A DNA stretch of 64,000 nt from Candidatus Limnocylindria bacterium (GTDB taxonomy: Bacteria > Chloroflexota > Limnocylindria > Limnocylindrales > CSP1-4): assembly GCA_041484785.1 (NCBI GenBank), contig JBGPIH010000001.1, forward strand, positions 7,258 to 71,257. Direction: 5' to 3'. Both the position numbers and the translations under genes were made by a program. Below are positions 58,788 to 64,000 of the stretch, one piece after another. The first letter of the stretch is position 1, and every line of letters starts with the position of its first letter. The notes under the pieces are model-generated. The model saw only the letters and a list, made by a program, of their open reading frames with translations, did no database searches and had not been told where the DNA came from.

Positions 58788-60953
58788 TCAACTTTCGCGT
58801 GCGACGGAAGCACGCTCAAGGGCGAGATGCGGCAGTCGCCGGTCCAGCCAACCCGGGATCCACCAGTTCGCCCGGCCGAGGATGGCCATGGCCGCGGGCA
58901 GCAGGATGACCCGCACAATCGTCGCGTCGACCAGGATCGCGGTTGCGAGGCCTACGCCGATCATCTTGATGTCGACCATCTGCACGGGCACGAACGACAG
59001 GAAGACTGCGACCATCACGAGCGCGGCCGAAGTGATGACCCGGGCCGTCGATCCGACCCCGCTGACGATCGCGGCCTTTGTGTCGGCTCCGGCGGCGTAC
59101 GCCTCCCGGATGCGCGACAGCAGGAAGACCTCGTAGTCCATCGACAACCCGAAGAGGATGGCGAACACGAACAACGGCACAATCGACGCGATCGGGAGCG
59201 CTTCGTCGAGCCCGACGAGCTTCACTCCCCAGCCCCACTGGAAGACGGCCACCAGGACACCGAAGGCGGCTCCCAGCGAGATGACGTTGAGGATGGCCGC
59301 CGTCAAGGCGACGACGATCGATCGGAACGCGAGGAGCAGCAGCAGGAACGACACGGCGATCACGGCGCCGACGACGAGCGGTAGCCGGCTGGCAGAGCGG
59401 GCGTCCAGGTCGACATAGAGCGCGTTGACCCCGCCCACGTGCACCTGAGCGCCGGTCCCCGACGTCGCGGCGGGCAGCACCCGGTCGGTCAGGCGATTCA
59501 GGAGCTGCACGGTCGTCTGGGCCTGCGGCGCGCTTCGAGGCACGATGGCGATCACGGCGGTGTCGCGGGCTGCGTTGATCTGCGCGGGCGCCACGGCAGC
59601 GACGTCCGGATCGGCAATGAGACTCGCTGCGATAGGCTCGAGCACCCGGGTGTCACCGGGCGGCAGGTCGACGACCAGGAGGATCGGCCCGTTGATGCCC
59701 GGGCCGAATCCCTGGGCGAGCAGGTCGTATGCCTGCCGTTGGGTGGTTGCGGGTGAGGCGCTGCCCTGGTCGGGCATGCCGGAGCGCAGATCGAGGATCG
59801 GCGCGGCCAGGATCAGGAGGATTCCGAGGCTGGCGAGGAGGTAGGGCCATGGGCGGGCGACCACCCGGCTGGTCCAGCCGGTCCAGCCACGGGTCACGGA
59901 AGCGTCCGGCCTGGGGGCCGACGCGGTCCGACCGAGCCGCGGGATATGCCATCGCTCGATGCGCTGTCCGAGCAGGCCAAGGAGTGCAGGCAGGAGCGTG
60001 ACCGCTGCGAGGATCGTGACGGCCACGGCGATCACAGCGGATGTGGCCATCCAGCTCAGGAAGGGGAACTCCGCGAGCCACAGCCCGAGGATCGAGATGA
60101 CCACCGTGGAGCCGGCAAACAGGACGGCTCGACCTGACGTCGCGAGCGCGATCCCGACCGATTCGACCACCGGGTGGCCGCTTCGCAGCTGCTCGCGGAA
60201 GCGGTTGCTGATGAACAGAGCGTAGTCGATCCCCGCGCCCAGGCCGAGCATCGCCGCGACCGTCGGAGCGGCCGTCGAGACCTCGACCTTTGCCGCGAGG
60301 AGGAGGACGAGGGAGATGCCACTGGTCAGGGCGATGATCGCCGTCAGGATCGGCAACCCGGCCGCCATGACCGAGCCGAAGGCGATGAGCAGGATCACGG
60401 CGGCCACGAGCAGGCCGACTCCCTCGCCGGCCGACCCGGCCAACGGGGACGCATAGTCAAGAAGCTCGCCTCCGAGCTCCACCTGGAGCCCGGCCTGCCG
60501 GCCGGTGGCGGCCGCCGACTGGAGGCGATCGACCGCAGGCTGCGCGAGCTTCCCAGCTTCTCTGTCGTACTGGACGGCTGCGTAAGCGATCGTCGCATCG
60601 GCCGAAACGGCACCAGGCGTGGTCAGGGGATCGGTCACACCGATCACGTCCGGCTGGCGCCCAATGGCGGCCATCGTTGCCGTCACTCCGGCGGCCGCCG
60701 CGGGATCGCGGATCGTACCTCCGGGGGTTCGGAACACGACCGTGACCTGCGTGCCGGCGACCTGGGGGAACTTCTGCTCGAGGAGATCGATGGCCGCCTG
60801 CGAATGGGCTCCGGGCAGGACGAATCGATCGTTGAAGGTTCCGCCGAACCTGCCGGCCAACGCGACCGCGCCGACGGTCGCGACAAGCCAGATGAGGATA
60901 ACGAGCCGGGCGTGGCGAGCGGCCGCCTGCCCCAGCCGGTTGAGTGGTGACAT
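58788..60953 (-). CDS. MMPL-family (RND superfamily) transporter
   Basis: 12 TM with two periplasmic loops. GGAG SD before the ATG at 60953. Confidence 0.85.
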   Translation of the reverse strand: MSPLNRLGQAAARHARLVILIWLVATVGAVALAGRFGGTFNDRFVLPGAHSQAAIDLLEQKFPQVAGTQVTVVFRTPGGTIRDPAAAAGVTATMAAIGRQPDVIGVTDPLTTPGAVSADATIAYAAVQYDREAGKLAQPAVDRLQSAAATGRQAGLQVELGGELLDYASPLAGSAGEGVGLLVAAVILLIAFGSVMAAGLPILTAIIALTSGISLVLLLAAKVEVSTAAPTVAAMLGLGAGIDYALFISNRFREQLRSGHPVVESVGIALATSGRAVLFAGSTVVISILGLWLAEFPFLSWMATSAVIAVAVTILAAVTLLPALLGLLGQRIERWHIPRLGRTASAPRPDASVTRGWTGWTSRVVARPWPYLLASLGILLILAAPILDLRSGMPDQGSASPATTQRQAYDLLAQGFGPGINGPILLVVDLPPGDTRVLEPIAASLIADPDVAAVAPAQINAARDTAVIAIVPRSAPQAQTTVQLLNRLTDRVLPAATSGTGAQVHVGGVNALYVDLDARSASRLPLVVGAVIAVSFLLLLLAFRSIVVALTAAILNVISLGAAFGVLVAVFQWGWGVKLVGLDEALPIASIVPLFVFAILFGLSMDYEVFLLSRIREAYAAGADTKAAIVSGVGSTARVITSAALVMVAVFLSFVPVQMVDIKMIGVGLATAILVDATIVRVILLPAAMAILGRANWWIPGWLDRRLPHLALERASVARES

Positions 60954-61109
60954 CTTGATGCTCCTTGGAGTTCGACCTGGCCGGCCAGGCGGACGGCCGC
61001 TCGTCAACATCGTCGGAGTTGAAGGTCGGGGCGGGCTACGGCAGAACCGCGAGAAGCTTGATTGGTGAAATCACCGAATCGATCGGCAGGGTGAGCCGCC
61101 GATCGGACG

Positions 61110-61892
61110 TCAGGCGGGCGCTCCTCGATCATGGCTATGGCCGGCCGCGTCGATTGAACCGCCCGCGGGAGGGGTCGGAAACCGAACGGTATCGATCCGA
61201 CCGCGGCTGGCGAATGACCGCAGCTGGTAGGCCGCCAGCGCGCCCGCGACGATCAGGAATGTCGCCGCTGCCAGGCCGAGCGACAGGTTGAGGCCCAAAC
61301 CGAGGTGATGGGCGACCATCCCAGACACGCTCGCGCCCAGGACCGCGTCGACCGTTCCAACGACGGCCGGCGTCGTCACGAACACGTGATGGTGGATCGG
61401 ATGGCCGGTGGGAGATGCGCCGAAGGTCCGCAGGACGCCGGCCCCATCGTCATGCCACCCGGAGACGAGGTACGGCTCAACGTCCGGGGCAAGCTCCAGG
61501 TAGGCATGGCGAAGCCGGTTCATGCCCTGCACCCATAGGACGTCCTCGCCGTTCACCGCCACGAGGCGGACGAACGTGGCCAGGCCGATGAACAGGATGA
61601 CTGGCAGGATGACGAGCGCGGCCACCAGGAACTCGGGCCCGAAGGCGGTCGCCTGGGCGACGAGGGCCAAGGCGACGATCGATCCCGAGAGCGTCGCCAG
61701 GAACATGCTCGATCGGCTGAACGACTCGTTCCAGGTCATCGAGCGTGTTGCCAGCAGGCTCCAATGCTCGGTCGTCAGGATCTGCAGGCGTAGAGCGGCG
61801 GGCAGCGGGGTACCTTGCTGCTGCGGCGACGTCTCGGCCGGTAATGCCAGCGGCTCGGCTGCGAATCCCGGGATCGATCGTTCGAAGGACAT
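61110..61892 (-). CDS. Hypothetical membrane protein
   Basis: Several TM helices; His cluster HPIHHH. Confidence 0.45.
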   Translation of the reverse strand: MSFERSIPGFAAEPLALPAETSPQQQGTPLPAALRLQILTTEHWSLLATRSMTWNESFSRSSMFLATLSGSIVALALVAQATAFGPEFLVAALVILPVILFIGLATFVRLVAVNGEDVLWVQGMNRLRHAYLELAPDVEPYLVSGWHDDGAGVLRTFGASPTGHPIHHHVFVTTPAVVGTVDAVLGASVSGMVAHHLGLGLNLSLGLAAATFLIVAGALAAYQLRSFASRGRIDTVRFPTPPAGGSIDAAGHSHDRGAPA

Positions 61893-62367
61893 CGCCGTCT
61901 CCTTCCACCGGGCGGGGTGGCCGGGACCCGATCGGCGGCCTACCCCTTCATCGTGACGCCAGCGCGAGGTAGGCGCCCGCCATCAAGATAAGGCCCACCG
62001 CGATGCCGAGCGCGTAGTTCTGGACGCGTCCCGTCTGGATCCGTCGCTGGCGGCGTGGCGTCGCGTCGATCGTGAGGGATCCGATCCGTTGAGCAAGGCG
62101 TCGACGATCGTCCGGCGAGAGGCACGGCCAACAGAAGGACGACGGCCGAGGAGTCGGTCACGAGCGTGTTTGCGCTCCAACTGCGGCGGTCTCGCTACGA
62201 CAGCCCCATAGTTAATCGTCGCCGGCGCGTTCAGCTGCGACTCGGTGGCGGTACGTCCGGGCGAGAAAGGGGGCCAAGCAGAGGTTCTCAGCTGGCTTTC
62301 AGGTTCGGCTCACCGCCCGTTCAGCACCTGCGGCCACGCTGAGCGCCACCCTCAGGAAGGATCTGGT

Positions 62368-62760
62368 GTGAAGGCGTTCGGTTTCCTGCTCGGCGTCGCG
62401 TTCGTCATCATCGGTTTCGTGTTCGTCGCTGCGATCACCGACTGGTCTGGCGGCACTGGTGGCGCTCAGGGCTCGATCGCGATCGTGCTCGAGGACTTCC
62501 GCTTCACCCCGAACCGCATCGACGCGAAGGTCGGCGTGCCGGTCACTGTCACGCTGACGAATCGCGGGACTGAGCGCCACGATCTCAACTTCGGATCGCT
62601 CCATATGCCTGGCCTCGGCGGGGTCGAGTCGATCTTGGAGCCGGGCGAGACGCGGACGATCACGCTCAGCTTCGATCAGGCCGGAACGCACACGTTCACC
62701 TGCTCCTTGCCCGGGCACGCCGCCGCTGGCATGACCGGCGCTGCATTCGTGACTCCATGA
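62368..62760 (+). CDS. Cupredoxin (blue copper protein), membrane-anchored
   Basis: GGAAGG SD then GTG start. N-terminal TM. Type-1 Cu ligands H (ERHDLNF) and C-x4-H-x4-M (HTFTCSLPGHAAAGM). Confidence 0.75.
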   Translation: MKAFGFLLGVAFVIIGFVFVAAITDWSGGTGGAQGSIAIVLEDFRFTPNRIDAKVGVPVTVTLTNRGTERHDLNFGSLHMPGLGGVESILEPGETRTITLSFDQAGTHTFTCSLPGHAAAGMTGAAFVTP

Positions 62761-63098
62761 CTGTCCGGGCATCTGGCGATCGCGGCGCCGCCATGCGACA
62801 CGCTCAACGCGCGAGCGGCCAGCTCGCGGCGCTGGCCCCAATGATCGCCGCGAGCCAGCCGTTTCCGGAGGTTGCGCAACAACTGCTGGCGGCCCGAGGC
62901 TCGCTCGACTCGCTGCTGGTGCGACTCGTGGAGCTCGAGCTCCACGACTGCCTGCCGAGCCGTGAGGCCCGGGCGGAGGTCGATGGACTGCTCCGGACAG
63001 CACTCGGGCGGAATGCGTCCCATCGGGGGTCGCTCGCCATTCGCAGCCGCGCGGCGGCAGCAACCCGCAATGCACTTCAAGGAAGGACGACACGATGA
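62757..63098 (+). CDS. CsoR/RcnR/FrmR-family metal-sensing repressor
   Basis: ATGA overlap with the cupredoxin. Helical; RASGQLAAL..MIAAS....VAQQLLAARGSLDSLLVRLVELELHDC parallels the CsoR RIEGQ...C...H...C scaffold, with the H-x3-C pair retained. Confidence 0.65.
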   Translation: MTVRASGDRGAAMRHAQRASGQLAALAPMIAASQPFPEVAQQLLAARGSLDSLLVRLVELELHDCLPSREARAEVDGLLRTALGRNASHRGSLAIRSRAAAATRNALQGRTTR

Positions 63099-63610
63099 CC
63101 GGCCAACACACCCACGACCACCCCGAGACCGTGCAGACGCGGGCTGCCCGTCGCGCCGCGGCGCGCGCCGGGCATACCGGGCCTTCCGGGCGCCGTCTCC
63201 CGCGGCCAGTACGGCTCGCCCTCTTCGGGGTCATCGCCGTGGTCGTCGGAGTAGGCGCCATTGGCCTAGTCGTCAGCCGTCTCCAGGGGCCCGCCGCCAC
63301 AGACACGGCGGCAATCCAGGTCCACGCGAGCATGAACGGGTTCGATCCATCGGCGTTGACGGTGAAGGCCGGGCAGCCGGTCAAGATCGAGCTGAGCAGC
63401 ATGGATAGCTCGATGCACAGCGACGGCGGTGGCTCGCACCAATTCGCGATCGACGCGCTCAGCATCAACTGGAAGGTCGGCCCGCTGAGCACCAAAGTCT
63501 TCGAGTTCACGGCGCCCATCACGCCGGGCACCTACAGCTGGTACTGCGACATCTGCTGCGGCGGCAAGGCGAACCCATCCATGCAGGGCAAGCTGACGGT
63601 GACCGCGTAA
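63095..63610 (+). CDS. Membrane-anchored cupredoxin-like protein (CuA-like C-x-I-C-C-G-x5-M site)
   Basis: ATGA overlap with the csoR-like gene. TM anchor. HQFAID ... YSWYCDICCGGKANPSMQG. Confidence 0.65.
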   Translation: MTGQHTHDHPETVQTRAARRAAARAGHTGPSGRRLPRPVRLALFGVIAVVVGVGAIGLVVSRLQGPAATDTAAIQVHASMNGFDPSALTVKAGQPVKIELSSMDSSMHSDGGGSHQFAIDALSINWKVGPLSTKVFEFTAPITPGTYSWYCDICCGGKANPSMQGKLTVTA

Positions 63611-64000
63611 TGCGGGCGCCACTCGACACATTCGTCGCCCGTCCTCGGCTGCTCCTGCTGCTCATCGGCGCGACCGTCATTACGGCATCTGCGGCGGCGA
63701 TCCTTTTCGTTTCGCCGCAGATGGCGGACCACCAGGCGATCTCCGACCTCAGCGTGCCGGCGATCATCACGGCCGGTTTCCTCGACGGCTTCAACCCCTG
63801 CGCCTTCGGTGTCCTGATCCTGTTCGCGACGTTTGCTCTCGGGCTGGCGACGCGCCAGTCGCTGACGACCAGCGGAACGGGTGGCGTGGCTGATACCCGC
63901 GCCGCAAGCCGGACCGTCCTCGGACTCGGCTCTTTCTTCGTCGTCGGCGTCCTGGTCACCTACTTCCTGCTCGGGCTCGGCCTGCTGACCGCGGTTGCCT
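63610..64000 (+). CDS. DsbD/CcdA-family transmembrane protein, partial (runs off window end)
   Basis: ATG shares a base with the preceding TAA. ITAGFLDGFNPCAFGVLILF matches the DsbD-family Cys motif. Absent from the ORF track because it has no stop in the window. Confidence 0.6.
   Translation, partial: MRAPLDTFVARPRLLLLLIGATVITASAAAILFVSPQMADHQAISDLSVPAIITAGFLDGFNPCAFGVLILFATFALGLATRQSLTTSGTGGVADTRAASRTVLGLGSFFVVGVLVTYFLLGLGLLTAVA

Noticed and set aside
1-64000. CRISPR arrays, tRNA or rRNA genes, integrase or transposase genes
   Set aside because: No regularly spaced direct repeats, no cloverleaf-like conserved tRNA segments and no rRNA-like stretches were seen. No integrase, transposase or IS inverted-repeat signatures were recognised within the window.

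Overview
High-GC (~70%) bacterial DNA. Gene content fits an actinobacterial-type or Chloroflexi-type genome, but this is an inference and no marker gene was seen. The window is dominated by metal homeostasis genes, mainly copper. It holds two P1B-type ATPases, one with a canonical CPC motif and one with an unusual CPD motif plus a His/Met-rich repeat N-terminus. It also holds four separate YHS/TRASH-domain proteins, an HMA chaperone-like domain, a multicopper oxidase, two cupredoxins around a CsoR-family repressor, a MerR regulator with a metallothionein-like Cys tail, ZIP, NRAMP and CDF transporters, two tandem two-component systems, a BlaI/CopY-type repressor with an M56 peptidase, and a small block encoding a SHOCT membrane protein, a (GMMGG)n Met-rich secreted protein, DUF302 and a lipoprotein/membrane pair. 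A complete cytochrome c maturation System I operon is embedded: ccmABC, a 56-aa ccmD not in the ORF track, then ccmEFGH and ccdA, joined by ATGA/GTGA overlaps. It sits next to resA-like genes and a System II ResB that is fused in frame to a SAM-methyltransferase domain. The 3' third carries housekeeping-like genes: cystathionine beta-synthase interrupted by an in-frame TAA, a tandem hotdog thioesterase, alpha-glucan phosphorylase, cytochrome b, an MmpL transporter and a LuxR regulator. It also has a uvrA 5' remnant beside a lower-GC segment that encodes a snapalysin-like protein. No rRNA, tRNA or CRISPR array was recognised. Many long ORFs in the supplied track are antisense or upstream-extension artefacts of the high GC content and were not called.
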